A program made the translations under genes and the position numbers. Source: a virus. Taken from it: a stretch of 64,000 nucleotides of DNA. Position 1 is the stretch's first letter. Each line of letters opens with the position of its first letter. The stretch is from positions 41,381 through 105,380 of the IMG/VR virus record IMGVR_UViG_3300009514_000007. One strand, written 5' to 3'. The notes under the pieces are model-generated. The model ran no database searches and had not been told where the DNA came from. It saw only the letters and a program-made list of their open reading frames with translations. Below, piece after piece: positions 48,030-57,369 of this stretch.

Positions 48030-49608
48030 GCCCGTCACCATCACCACAGGCTCGTCCGCTCGCGGCCGTTTGGTTCGTGGTGCCGACGAGCTTCATCGTG
48101 TGGTGCGTGTAACCTACGGACCTTCGGGTGGCACGGTCATGCTTGACCGTGCGTTTGGTTTGCTTTCCACGCGCGATGGGGTCACCGTTGCCTGCGAGGT
48201 TGCGCCATCGGACCCGGTTGCTCGGCTCGGCGCCGACGTTCTCCGACGAGCGTGTGTTCGCGTGAACGAGGATGCGGGCGACGGAACCTCGACCGCTGCG
48301 ATTCTCGCAGGAGCCTTGCTCACTGAGGGGCACAAGATCGTGACAGGCGGGGCAGACCCCGGCGAGGTTGCACGCGGGATGCTCGATGCGGCTCAGATCG
48401 CCAGCGAGGTCGTGGGCGAGCTTGTTGTGCCCGTGGACGACGAAGACACGCTTCGCCAGATTGCCTTGCATACGACCAAACGAGACGAGCCGGTAGCCGA
48501 GGCCCTGGCCGAAGCCTGCATGTTGGTTGGGTCCAAGGGAATGATCGTGATCGAGGACGGCAAGGGGCGCGGCATCGAGGTCGTCCCGAAGCACGGGGTC
48601 GAGGTCAAGCAGGGATGGCAGTCGATGGAATTCGGGGACGACACTGGCGAGTGGAGCCAGGACGTGTGCCTCGTTGCCGTGATCGCCAAGCCCCTGATGC
48701 GCTTTGACGACGTGGCTTCGATCTTGGAGGCCGCGAGCATGGTCGCACCGGGCAACCTCCCTCTCCTGATCGTTGGCGAGGGCGTGTATGGTGAGGCGCT
48801 TGTCACGATGGTCACGAACCACAACAAGGACGTGATCCGGTGTTGTGCGATCCAAGGGCCGGGGCACGGGCCGTTCGTGAAGGACCACTTGCAGGACATC
48901 GCCGCATTCACGCAAGCCAAGCTCGTTGACCCCGAGGCAGGGATGGACCACAAGAGCTTTCAGTCCGAGTGGCTTGGTTCGATCCAGCAAGTGAGCGTCG
49001 GGCCAAAAAAGACGACGCTCGTTGCGTTTGACGATGCTCTCGATTCGATCCAATCAAGAATTCGATCGTTGGAACGGCGGCGAGATGCTGCTGAGCACAG
49101 CCATGACCGAGATCGCCTCAGTGAGCGGATCGCCAAGCTCGCGGATGGGCTGTGCGTCCTGCGAGTGGGCGGAGTCACCGAGGCCGAGGCCAAGGAGCGT
49201 CGAGGCCGCGTCGAGGACGCTCTGCACGCTGTCCGGGCCGCTTTGACCGAGGGCGTGGTGCCCGGAGCCGGCATGGCGTACCTTGCGGCATCCGAAGTTA
49301 TTGAAACCATTGGCTTTTCTCCGGGAGACCGTGGAGCCGGTCAACGGGCGCTCGTGAAGGCGCTCAGGGAGCCTCTGAGAGCCCTTGTAACTAACGCGGG
49401 CCAGGAGCCGTCCGTGGTGCTGGAACGCCTGAGATTGGCGTCAGATGGCGCGTACTGGCATGGTTGGGACGCCTTGTCGGGGCAGGTCCGCGACCTGCTT
49501 GAGCCGCCAATTCTGGCTGATCCCTTGCGGGTTGTGCGCTCGACCATTGAGACAGCCGCCTCGGCAGCGGCCACCTTGCTCACTGCCGAGGTAGCGATCA
49601 CGGCGTAA
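47953..49608 (+). CDS. groEL: GroEL-like (group I) chaperonin
   Basis: VTYGPSG, TRDGVTVA, NEDAGDGTSTA, IAKLADG, RVEDALHAVRAALTEGVVPGAG, DPLRVVRSTIETAASAAATLLT. No GGM tail. Start uncertain (GTG 47953 or 47992). Confidence 0.95.
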   Translation: MERNEPTQRYSPQVKRSRRDTSTPRKPVTITTGSSARGRLVRGADELHRVVRVTYGPSGGTVMLDRAFGLLSTRDGVTVACEVAPSDPVARLGADVLRRACVRVNEDAGDGTSTAAILAGALLTEGHKIVTGGADPGEVARGMLDAAQIASEVVGELVVPVDDEDTLRQIALHTTKRDEPVAEALAEACMLVGSKGMIVIEDGKGRGIEVVPKHGVEVKQGWQSMEFGDDTGEWSQDVCLVAVIAKPLMRFDDVASILEAASMVAPGNLPLLIVGEGVYGEALVTMVTNHNKDVIRCCAIQGPGHGPFVKDHLQDIAAFTQAKLVDPEAGMDHKSFQSEWLGSIQQVSVGPKKTTLVAFDDALDSIQSRIRSLERRRDAAEHSHDRDRLSERIAKLADGLCVLRVGGVTEAEAKERRGRVEDALHAVRAALTEGVVPGAGMAYLAASEVIETIGFSPGDRGAGQRALVKALREPLRALVTNAGQEPSVVLERLRLASDGAYWHGWDALSGQVRDLLEPPILADPLRVVRSTIETAASAAATLLTAEVAITA

Positions 49609-49615
49609 GGGAATC

Positions 49616-49855
49616 ATGGACACGGAATTTGAGCATCGATCATCGGCGGACATCGGGCTTGGCCTTGAACAAGCTAGGCGTGATCTGGAAAAACGGATCG
49701 CTTCGGCGTGCCCCGACCGTGACCGCTCCGAGGTCGAAACCGAGGCGTTGCAGTGGTACTTGCTTCTCCGCGAGAAGGTTCAAGAGGGGTGTACGATCAA
49801 AGCGCACCACTCGGACGGGACGATCATGGTGCTTATGCGTGAGGGTAACCCATGA
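49616..49855 (+). CDS. Hypothetical protein (79 aa)
   Basis: ATG 7 nt after CGGCGTAA, which overlaps the groEL stop. Not recognisably GroES. Confidence 0.65.
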   Translation: MDTEFEHRSSADIGLGLEQARRDLEKRIASACPDRDRSEVETEALQWYLLLREKVQEGCTIKAHHSDGTIMVLMREGNP

Positions 49856-50661
49856 AACGAACGTCACTCGTACAAGCTCGTAGCGGATCGATTACGGCGG
49901 ACACGGCCGAAGCGATCAGGCAACTGGAGATGCGCGCAGTCAAGCGAGGGAACGTCACGCTCCACGTTCAAGCGACACCGCTCACTGAGCACGCGTGGGA
50001 GCCGTGGCCGCATCCTGGTCGTCCTCCGTACTCAATGGTGCCGAGTGGGCGCGAGGTTTCTTTGTCGCTCATATTCAAAGAGGACGAGGTTCCCTCCGAC
50101 GTGGCGAAGGCGCATGAGATTGCGACCTTGTGGGCGTTGGCGATCCCTTGTGGGTTCACGCCGTACCAGCGGTACCCGACGCCGAACAGTTCCCACGACG
50201 ATCTGTTTCACTGCTTTGGGCCGTGGCAGATTCTCTACGACCATCTCGTAAGCGAGGGCCGAGGGGAGGAAGCCTGGCCTTCGTTGTGCGCGGCGGCGCA
50301 GTCGGATGTCGGAGCCTGGCAAGGTGAGCGGAAGGTCGAGCGTTTCATCCAAGCTCAGCTTCACCGCGTCGGCGTCAACGTCGGCCCCATCGACGGCCAG
50401 GTAGCCCACCGAACGCTGACGGGGTTGAAACGGCTCGGGCTCGACGGGATGGCGTTGGAGGATGCGGCCGTGAAACTGATCGGGATGAATTCGATCGAGC
50501 ACGAATCGCAGGACCGTAGAATCGGGCACATCGTCGTTCCGGGCCAGAATGCTTCTATAGTTTGCTCTGGGCAGGTGTACTCGACCAAGACAGCGACCGG
50601 CGCAGCCCTCACCATCGACGGGCCAGGGCGCGTGATCCTTGACCTGACTCCGAAAGGCTGA
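49852..50661 (+). CDS. Peptidoglycan-binding protein with degenerate M15-like peptidase domain (269 aa)
   Basis: FIQAQLHRVGVNVGPIDGQVAHRTLTGLK matches PG_binding_1. The N-terminal half aligns by eye with M15 motifs but has SMV in place of SxH. Confidence 0.55.
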   Translation: MKRTSLVQARSGSITADTAEAIRQLEMRAVKRGNVTLHVQATPLTEHAWEPWPHPGRPPYSMVPSGREVSLSLIFKEDEVPSDVAKAHEIATLWALAIPCGFTPYQRYPTPNSSHDDLFHCFGPWQILYDHLVSEGRGEEAWPSLCAAAQSDVGAWQGERKVERFIQAQLHRVGVNVGPIDGQVAHRTLTGLKRLGLDGMALEDAAVKLIGMNSIEHESQDRRIGHIVVPGQNASIVCSGQVYSTKTATGAALTIDGPGRVILDLTPKG

Positions 50662-50663
50662 CA

Positions 50664-51287
50664 ATGGAAGATCTGGACGACCTCAAACTCGCTGGCGCCT
50701 GGCCCGCTTCCATTTCGGCAGCACGCAAGGCCGAGATGCTGAAAGCCGGTCGGCAAGGCGCCCGCGAGGTATTTCGCCTCTTGCTCCCCAAGGTGCTCGA
50801 TGCGGGCGAAGAGATCGATTCGCAGTTGATCAAGCTCGGGCGAAAATACGGGATCGATCCTGATTACCTGCGCTTCACGCTTGGACGCGGGCACTTGTGG
50901 CCTTCCATGACCCCGGAGGATCGGAAGTTGGTCGGCCTTGCCGCCGAGATCGTGAAGGCGGGAGGCTCGGTCCCGAGCTACAAGAGCATGAGTATCCCCG
51001 AGGCTGAGCTTGAGGATATGGCGATGGACCTGGCCTTCATGGACCTCGGAAGCTGGATGGCGCTCAAGCTCGCCGGGAAGCTCGACAAGGCGTATACCGA
51101 CGCCGGGTGGGAGGTTGCGTCGAAATACACGCACATCCTGACCATTCCCGGTGATCCCGCCGATCCACGGCTCCAAGCTGCCGGGATGATTCAAGCAACC
51201 CTAAAGCACCAGTTGGCGCGGGGCGGCTTCGGCTCTCCCCACAAATACGTGGTGCTCGGCGTGCTGCAAGACCTCTTGAACGTCTAG
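50664..51287 (+). CDS. Hypothetical protein (207 aa)
   Basis: Clean ORF between flanking genes; AAAGG RBS. Confidence 0.75.
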   Translation: MEDLDDLKLAGAWPASISAARKAEMLKAGRQGAREVFRLLLPKVLDAGEEIDSQLIKLGRKYGIDPDYLRFTLGRGHLWPSMTPEDRKLVGLAAEIVKAGGSVPSYKSMSIPEAELEDMAMDLAFMDLGSWMALKLAGKLDKAYTDAGWEVASKYTHILTIPGDPADPRLQAAGMIQATLKHQLARGGFGSPHKYVVLGVLQDLLNV

Positions 51288-51317
51288 GCGTTCACATCCT
51301 CCGCTGCGGGGGTAAGG

Positions 51318-54300
51318 GTGGTGATGGACGACGCGCTTAAAGCCGTGTACGGCAAGCTCAAGGACTACCGCACGCGGACGGATCTTTCCCTGCGCGCATC
51401 TCCATTCCTCAAGCCCACGTTCACTGGCTTTGACGGCTCGGAGAAACCGTTGAGCCATCGCTACTACCAAGTGCAGGGGATCCTGCACTTGGTCGCCATG
51501 ACCCGGTTCTTGCTCGGCGACGACTGTGGACTCGGCAAGTGCGTGACCGGCGATACGTTGGTTTTGACCGATCAGGGCCTCCGCGAGATCCATACCTTGC
51601 GTGCCGATTTGAGCGAACCGGCCGAACCAGGCACGTTCCTCAAGGCCGAGCCGTGTCGAGTGTGGACTGGACGAGAATGGGCTCCGATTAAGTCGTTCTA
51701 TTTCGATGGGGAAAAACCAACGAAGCGGATCCAAACCCGCTACGGGTTCACCATCGAGGGCTCGTATCGTCACCCGCTGTGGGTTCGTAAATCGGAAGGT
51801 GAAGGTTGGAGGCGGCTGCCTGACCTCGCGGCGGGGGATTTCGTGTGCATTGAACGACGCGAGATGGCATGGCCGGAGGACAAGGTGCCTCTGCATTGGG
51901 TCACGGATCGCCCGTCCAATGCCAAGCAATACAAAACGCCCGAGTGTCTGACCCCGGAGCTTGCCCGGTTGCTCGGGTATTTCGTGGCGGAGGGAAATTC
52001 AACGAACCCAAACGGGTTCACGATCACGCAATTCGACCCCGAGGTACACGCGGACATCCGTGATTTGCTGGATGGCTGTTTTGGTTGGACGGGCAACGCC
52101 CATAGCCAGAAGGCCGACACGGAGATTCAAATATCGAGTGTCGTGCTCCGCGATTTCGTTGCGCACTGCGGGGCTCTGCATGTTAAATCGGCCAAGAAAC
52201 AGATCCCGTGGCGAATCCTCCGCTCCCCGCGTGAGGTCGTGGTTCAATTTCTACGCGGACTATTTGAGGGGGACGGCCATGCTCTCCCCGGATCCGGGAT
52301 CGAGTACACCTCAAAATCGAGGCGGCTGTGTTCGGAGGTCCAGGCCACGCTCCTGCGTTTTGGGATTGTGTCGAAAGTAAGCTGCAAACCCGTCAACGGT
52401 GAGGACTATTGGAGGCTGACGATCTTTGGCGACGACGCGAGGGGGTTTGCGCAGAAGATTGGGTTTGTGACGGCGCGCAAGAACGAAGCCTTGGATCAAG
52501 TGCTGTCGAAAAACGGCAACCCGAACCACGACGTGCTTCCGTTTGTTGCACCCCTTGTGTCCGCTTTGTATGCCAAGCTCAAAGATGCCACGACGGTTCG
52601 TGGAGCGAATGTCGCCAAACGCGGGTCGGGGATCAAGCAATTTGGCAACGGATTTCGGCTCGCCATGCGCGAGGTGATCAGGGGAGAGCGTGACCTGACC
52701 TATGCCAAGCTGGACGAGCTTCTTTCCCGGTGCCTGGATTTCGGATTGTCGTCGGAACCTGAGTTCCAAAAACTGCATACGCTTGCATCTCGTCGGTTTT
52801 TCTACGACCCCGTTGTGTCGATCGAGGACGGCCACGCTCCTGTCATGGACCTGGAGATCGATCACGACGACCACAGCTTCGTGGGCAACGGGTTCGTCAA
52901 CCACAACACACTCCAGGCGATCACCGCGCTGTGTTTCCTGTGGGAGCGCGATCCGAATCAAAAGGTCGTGATCCTGACGAACAAGAGTGCGGTCGGTCAG
53001 TGGTGCAAGGAATTCGACAAGTTCTGTCACTCGGACAAGCTCACGATTCTTCGCTGCATCGGCACCCCCGCCAAGCGCAAGAAGGTCTACGCCGAGTTTG
53101 AGGCCGCGACGGGGCCGACCATCCTGGTCATGGGGTACGCGACGGCGCGCCAGGACATCAGCCTGATCCAAGATTGGTCCGACTACATCGTGATCTTCGA
53201 TGAAGCCACGGCGTTCAAGAACCCCAAGACACAGATCTACAAGGTCGCTCGCCACCTGTCGGAGCGGGCAGCGGGGCTCGACCGGGAAAGTGGTGAGTGG
53301 CGTAAGGGTCGCGTGTGGGCGCTGACGGCGACGCTGATCAAGAACCACCTGATTGAAGGTTACGGGATCTACAGTGTGATCGTGCCGGGTCTGTTTCCGT
53401 CGAGCAAAAACAAATTCGTCAACCGCTTCTGCATCACCAAGCTCCAACGGATCAAGGGCAACCGCCATATCCCGATCATCGTCGGCTACCGCGACGGAGC
53501 CATTCCCGAGTTCAAGGAGAAGATCGACCCGTACTACCTTGGGCGACCCAAGCACGAGGTAGCCAAGGAGCTTCCGCCGCTCACGACCCGCATCGAGAAG
53601 GTCGGGTTGACTAAGGCGCAGAAGGACAAATACGCCGAGGCGCTTGCCGGGTTGTTGGAGATCGACAAGACGGGCGAGGAAAAGGAAACGACCAAGCTGA
53701 CGGCGTTGATCTACTGTCAGCAGATCGTAGACCACCCGGCGCTGGTCGAGTGCGAGGGAGAGTCGGAGAAGCTGGAGACGCTGATCGACCTCGTGACCAA
53801 TGGGGAATTCGCCGAGGAAAACGTGATCGTCTACTCGCGCTTCCGCAAGATGGTGGATTACATGCAGCCCATCTTGGAAAAGAAGGGCGTCAAGACGGTG
53901 CGCATCACAGGCGCCGAGAAGGACGACGAGCGCTTGGAGGCGATGGAGGCATTTCAGAACCCGAAAGCGGAAGCCCGTTGCGCGCTGATCACCGACGCGG
54001 CCTCCGAGGCGATCAACCTCCAGTCGGCCAAGGTGATCATCTTCTACGACTCGCCGTGGTCGGCAGGTAACCTGCTCCAGATCCTTGGCCGTATGATCCG
54101 AATCGGGTCTGAGCATGATCGCTGCTACGCCATTCATCTATGCGCGCGGCGAACCATTGACGAGAAGGTGCTCGCCGTCCTCAAAAAGAAGATGAAGCTG
54201 ATCGAGTCCATTATCGGTAAGCGGATCAAGGGCGAGGACGACGACGTAGAGGTTGCAGAGGTTAACGACATCACCGAGATCTTCGACGCCATGAAGGCCG

Positions 54301-54326
54301 ACGCATTGGGCTTCTTGAACGAATGA
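51318..54326 (+). CDS. SNF2/SWI2-family helicase interrupted by an intein
   Basis: Walker A GDDCGLGK|T, Walker B IFDEA, LTAT, EAINLQ, QILGRMIRIG. About 546 aa after splicing. Confidence 0.93.
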   Translation: MVMDDALKAVYGKLKDYRTRTDLSLRASPFLKPTFTGFDGSEKPLSHRYYQVQGILHLVAMTRFLLGDDCGLGKCVTGDTLVLTDQGLREIHTLRADLSEPAEPGTFLKAEPCRVWTGREWAPIKSFYFDGEKPTKRIQTRYGFTIEGSYRHPLWVRKSEGEGWRRLPDLAAGDFVCIERREMAWPEDKVPLHWVTDRPSNAKQYKTPECLTPELARLLGYFVAEGNSTNPNGFTITQFDPEVHADIRDLLDGCFGWTGNAHSQKADTEIQISSVVLRDFVAHCGALHVKSAKKQIPWRILRSPREVVVQFLRGLFEGDGHALPGSGIEYTSKSRRLCSEVQATLLRFGIVSKVSCKPVNGEDYWRLTIFGDDARGFAQKIGFVTARKNEALDQVLSKNGNPNHDVLPFVAPLVSALYAKLKDATTVRGANVAKRGSGIKQFGNGFRLAMREVIRGERDLTYAKLDELLSRCLDFGLSSEPEFQKLHTLASRRFFYDPVVSIEDGHAPVMDLEIDHDDHSFVGNGFVNHNTLQAITALCFLWERDPNQKVVILTNKSAVGQWCKEFDKFCHSDKLTILRCIGTPAKRKKVYAEFEAATGPTILVMGYATARQDISLIQDWSDYIVIFDEATAFKNPKTQIYKVARHLSERAAGLDRESGEWRKGRVWALTATLIKNHLIEGYGIYSVIVPGLFPSSKNKFVNRFCITKLQRIKGNRHIPIIVGYRDGAIPEFKEKIDPYYLGRPKHEVAKELPPLTTRIEKVGLTKAQKDKYAEALAGLLEIDKTGEEKETTKLTALIYCQQIVDHPALVECEGESEKLETLIDLVTNGEFAEENVIVYSRFRKMVDYMQPILEKKGVKTVRITGAEKDDERLEAMEAFQNPKAEARCALITDAASEAINLQSAKVIIFYDSPWSAGNLLQILGRMIRIGSEHDRCYAIHLCARRTIDEKVLAVLKKKMKLIESIIGKRIKGEDDDVEVAEVNDITEIFDAMKADALGFLNE
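51540..52907 (+). mobile_element. Intein with LAGLIDADG homing endonuclease (456 aa)
   Basis: Starts CVTGDT and ends FVNHN, followed by extein Thr. LAGLIDADG helices LARLLGYFVAEG and FLRGLFEGDG. Confidence 0.93.
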
Positions 54327-55363
54327 AGATCCGCAACAACAGTAACCATCCGCTCGTCGTAGCGGATGTGAAGGTACAGCCGCACGAGGTCCGCGAGGTC
54401 CGTGGGGACGTGTGGGCTCGCATGAAGGCCGAGCGTCCTGAGTTTGCCGAGGCTGTGGCGGAGGGTGTTTACGAGGAATTGGCGCACCTACTCCCTGGCG
54501 ACGGCTCCCCCGGCTGCCAGTTGTGCTTGGGCCGAGGCTTCATCTCCGAGGGTGTGGTCGGCCGTCGATGTACGTGCGTCCGCACGCGTGACGTGATCGC
54601 CAACGTCAACAAGATCTGGCCGATGTACCAGTTGATCAAGGCGGACAAGTTGCCCAAGGGTCACCGCTCCCCGCTGATGGATTTCGTGGACCGGAACCTC
54701 TACATCACCGCCCCCGAGGATCTGTTCAAGGCTCACCTGCGAGCCACGGCGATCCGGCAGGGGTCCGATTGGTACGCCCGTGTCCGTGGCGACAACGACC
54801 TGCTCCGAGCTTGGTTTTTCACAGCCAAAGCCAAGGGCGTCGAGATCTACGATGTGGACGTGGCTGACTCGCCCATTTCTGAGGACCCGAGCATCGAGGA
54901 TCTGGCTTTGCCGCCGGACCTGTTGATCGTGCTCATGGGGGTCAAGCGGACGCGCAACGTGGCCTCGCCCGAGACGCTGCTGGAGGTACTGAAACTCCGC
55001 GAGTTCCGCTCCAAGCCGACGTGGATCGTAGACCAGCCCAACTATCTGCTCACGTCAGATTTCCACCTGTTCAACGAAGCGGCGATCACGACGATCTTGG
55101 AGGCATGGAATCATGTCGAGCTTACTCGGCACATGCCTGTTGTCTCGCAGACGGATCCAGACGACATCCTGGCGGCCAGTAGCTCACCTTCGGCAACCGT
55201 CACCGCACCTACGGCAAAGCCCGCGCGACCGGGCAAGATTACGTTGTCGAGCCAGGTAGGTGCTGATCGAGGCAGAACGAAATCTGAGGATATTGTAGAG
55301 ACAGAGGAACCGTGGAAGCCGGGTAAGCCGAGCACATCGAGTAAGAGGGGGAAGGGCAAATGA
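54323..55363 (+). CDS. DnaC/IstB-like helicase-loader homologue with degenerate ATPase motifs (346 aa)
   Basis: CQLCLGRG...CTC zinc knuckle. NLYITAPEDLFKAHL at the Walker A position, DLLIVLMG at Walker B, then REFRSKPTWIV. Overlaps the DnaB-like gene. Confidence 0.6.
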   Translation: MKIRNNSNHPLVVADVKVQPHEVREVRGDVWARMKAERPEFAEAVAEGVYEELAHLLPGDGSPGCQLCLGRGFISEGVVGRRCTCVRTRDVIANVNKIWPMYQLIKADKLPKGHRSPLMDFVDRNLYITAPEDLFKAHLRATAIRQGSDWYARVRGDNDLLRAWFFTAKAKGVEIYDVDVADSPISEDPSIEDLALPPDLLIVLMGVKRTRNVASPETLLEVLKLREFRSKPTWIVDQPNYLLTSDFHLFNEAAITTILEAWNHVELTRHMPVVSQTDPDDILAASSSPSATVTAPTAKPARPGKITLSSQVGADRGRTKSEDIVETEEPWKPGKPSTSSKRGKGK

Positions 55364-56907
55364 AAACCCTCTTACGCTCTACGTTTCTCGTCAAGCCTGA
55401 CGAGAGTGCGGATCTGTTTCTCTCCAATTACCTCGCCCTGAGTAATTCGGGCCTCGGTTTTGAGACGACCGAGGACAACCTGATCTGGACCTACGTTCAA
55501 GAATTCTTCCGAACGCATAACCACGTCCCGACTCTCTCCACGCTCCGTGCTCACTTTGAACGGATCAAGGAGATGGAGGTCGTTGATCGTCTGGAGCAGC
55601 TTGGACAATTCCCGAGCCGCACCCGAGGCGATTTCCTGCGGCACCTTGAGGAAAAGGCCGAGGACCGCAAGATCCGAATGGTCCGTACCTACCTCAAGAC
55701 GGCGGCTGAGATCACCGAAACGGGGTACGAGGAAAAAGACGCACGCGGCAAGGTGGCTCGCAAGCTGATGGGCGCCGTCGATGCGATGCGGTTCTTGTTG
55801 GAAAAGAGCCACGACATCGTGGCCCCCACGCTCGGGAGTCGGCTCAGCGGTGGTGTGCTCGGGGCCGTCGATACGTTCAAGGAGAGGTATGAGCGTGTCG
55901 AGTCCGACCCGCAATTCGGGCGCGGGCAGTTCAGCGGGATCAAGCAGCTAGACGAGACGATGGGTGGCTGCAAGAAGGGCGAGCTTTGGACGCACGCGGC
56001 ATTCACCGGGCACATGAAATCGTCGTTGGCGATGTCGTGGTGCTACATGCAGGCCGTCTACTACTCCAACGACTCGCTCTACTTTTCGTTGGAGATGCCA
56101 TGGGAGCAGGTGCAGAACATCCTGTGGACGATGCACAGCTACCACGAGAAATTCCGCACGATTCGGATCAAGCTCGGGATTCAGCCAGCATCGAGCAAGA
56201 CACCGGGAGGCAAGGAGATCCACTACGACCGGGGCCTTGATTACGAGAAGGTCAAGTACGCACAGCTAAGCAAGAAGGAAAAGAGTTTCCTGTTTGACAT
56301 TGTAGCCGTGGATTTCAAGGACCCCGCCAACGGGTATGGCGAGGTTCACGTCGAGGTCGCCGATCCAGACAAGAGCGATTTCACGGTCGCCGATGCGCGA
56401 AGCAAGGCCGAGATCCTGTACGCCAAGAATCCGTTTTCGATGATCGTATTCGACCACATGGGGCTGATGGCTCCGCGCAAGTGGGTGGCGAGTACGACCG
56501 AGCGATCGAACGAGGTCATCCGAGATACGAAGCGGTTGGCGATGTCGTTCAACCGGGGCCAAGGTATCGCCGTCCTCGGCCTGTTTCAGATCAACCGTGA
56601 TGGTTTCCGGGCCGCTGAGAAAAACGAGGGTAAGTACAACCTCACTCACCTGGCCTACGCGAATGAATGCGAAAAGTCGTCCGACGTGGTGTCGGCCTCG
56701 TGGATTGACGATGACCTGCGTAAGCAGGGTCGTTTCTACATGCAGTGTCTCAAATCTCGTGACGTTGCCCCGTTTGAGCGGTTCGGCATCCGGGTAGAGT
56801 TTCACTGTCGGCGCCTGCTCACCGATGAATCGGGTGTCGAGATGATCGACGCGAAGCAAGAGAACGAGGCTATCGGTGACGAGATCGATCTACTGGAGGA
56901 TCTGTAA
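55360..56907 (+). CDS. dnaB: DnaB-like replicative helicase
   Basis: SGIKQLDETMGG..KGEL, AAFTGHMKS (H1), YFSLEM (H1a), VFDHMGLM (H2), LFQINR (H3), ECEKSSDVV and KSRD (H4). Confidence 0.88.
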   Translation: MKTLLRSTFLVKPDESADLFLSNYLALSNSGLGFETTEDNLIWTYVQEFFRTHNHVPTLSTLRAHFERIKEMEVVDRLEQLGQFPSRTRGDFLRHLEEKAEDRKIRMVRTYLKTAAEITETGYEEKDARGKVARKLMGAVDAMRFLLEKSHDIVAPTLGSRLSGGVLGAVDTFKERYERVESDPQFGRGQFSGIKQLDETMGGCKKGELWTHAAFTGHMKSSLAMSWCYMQAVYYSNDSLYFSLEMPWEQVQNILWTMHSYHEKFRTIRIKLGIQPASSKTPGGKEIHYDRGLDYEKVKYAQLSKKEKSFLFDIVAVDFKDPANGYGEVHVEVADPDKSDFTVADARSKAEILYAKNPFSMIVFDHMGLMAPRKWVASTTERSNEVIRDTKRLAMSFNRGQGIAVLGLFQINRDGFRAAEKNEGKYNLTHLAYANECEKSSDVVSASWIDDDLRKQGRFYMQCLKSRDVAPFERFGIRVEFHCRRLLTDESGVEMIDAKQENEAIGDEIDLLEDL

Positions 56908-57369
56908 ATGGAAATCTCGCTGAGACTAGGCGATTGCCGCGAGCGGCTTGCTGAGCTTGAGGACGAGTCGATGGACGCCGTGATCTTCGATCCCCCATAC
57001 GAGCTAGGCTTCATGGGCAAGGATTGGGATGCCTCGGGAGTCGCTTACGACCCGGAGCTTTGGGAAGAAATCATGCGTGCCCTCAAACCAGGCGGAGTCG
57101 TCAAGGCGTTCGGCGGGACACGGACATTTCACCGCATGGCTGCGGTGATGGAGAGAGTGGGTTTCGTAGGCGTTGCGACACAAATGGAGGCATGGACCTA
57201 CGGGAGTGGCTTCCCAAAAAGTCTAAACATTTCAAAGGCTTTGCGGAAAAAGGCCAAACAAGATTCTGATCCGTCGCTCGCCAAGCTCGCCGAAACATGG
57301 GAAGGGTACGGCACTGCGCTTAAACCAGCGTGGGAGCCGGTCCTTGTTGCCCACAAGCCGGAGGCGTAG
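56908..57369 (+). CDS. Beta-class DNA N6-A/N4-C methyltransferase, catalytic (DPPY) N-terminal module only (153 aa)
   Basis: GDC...DAVIFDPPYELGFMGKDWD...LKPGG...YGSGFPKS...ALKPAWEP. No FxGxG motif in this ORF. Confidence 0.88.
   Translation: MEISLRLGDCRERLAELEDESMDAVIFDPPYELGFMGKDWDASGVAYDPELWEEIMRALKPGGVVKAFGGTRTFHRMAAVMERVGFVGVATQMEAWTYGSGFPKSLNISKALRKKAKQDSDPSLAKLAETWEGYGTALKPAWEPVLVAHKPEA

Noticed and set aside
49616-49855. GroES candidate downstream of groEL
   Set aside because: Lacks the PLxDRV start and mobile-loop GGI motif and appears helical.
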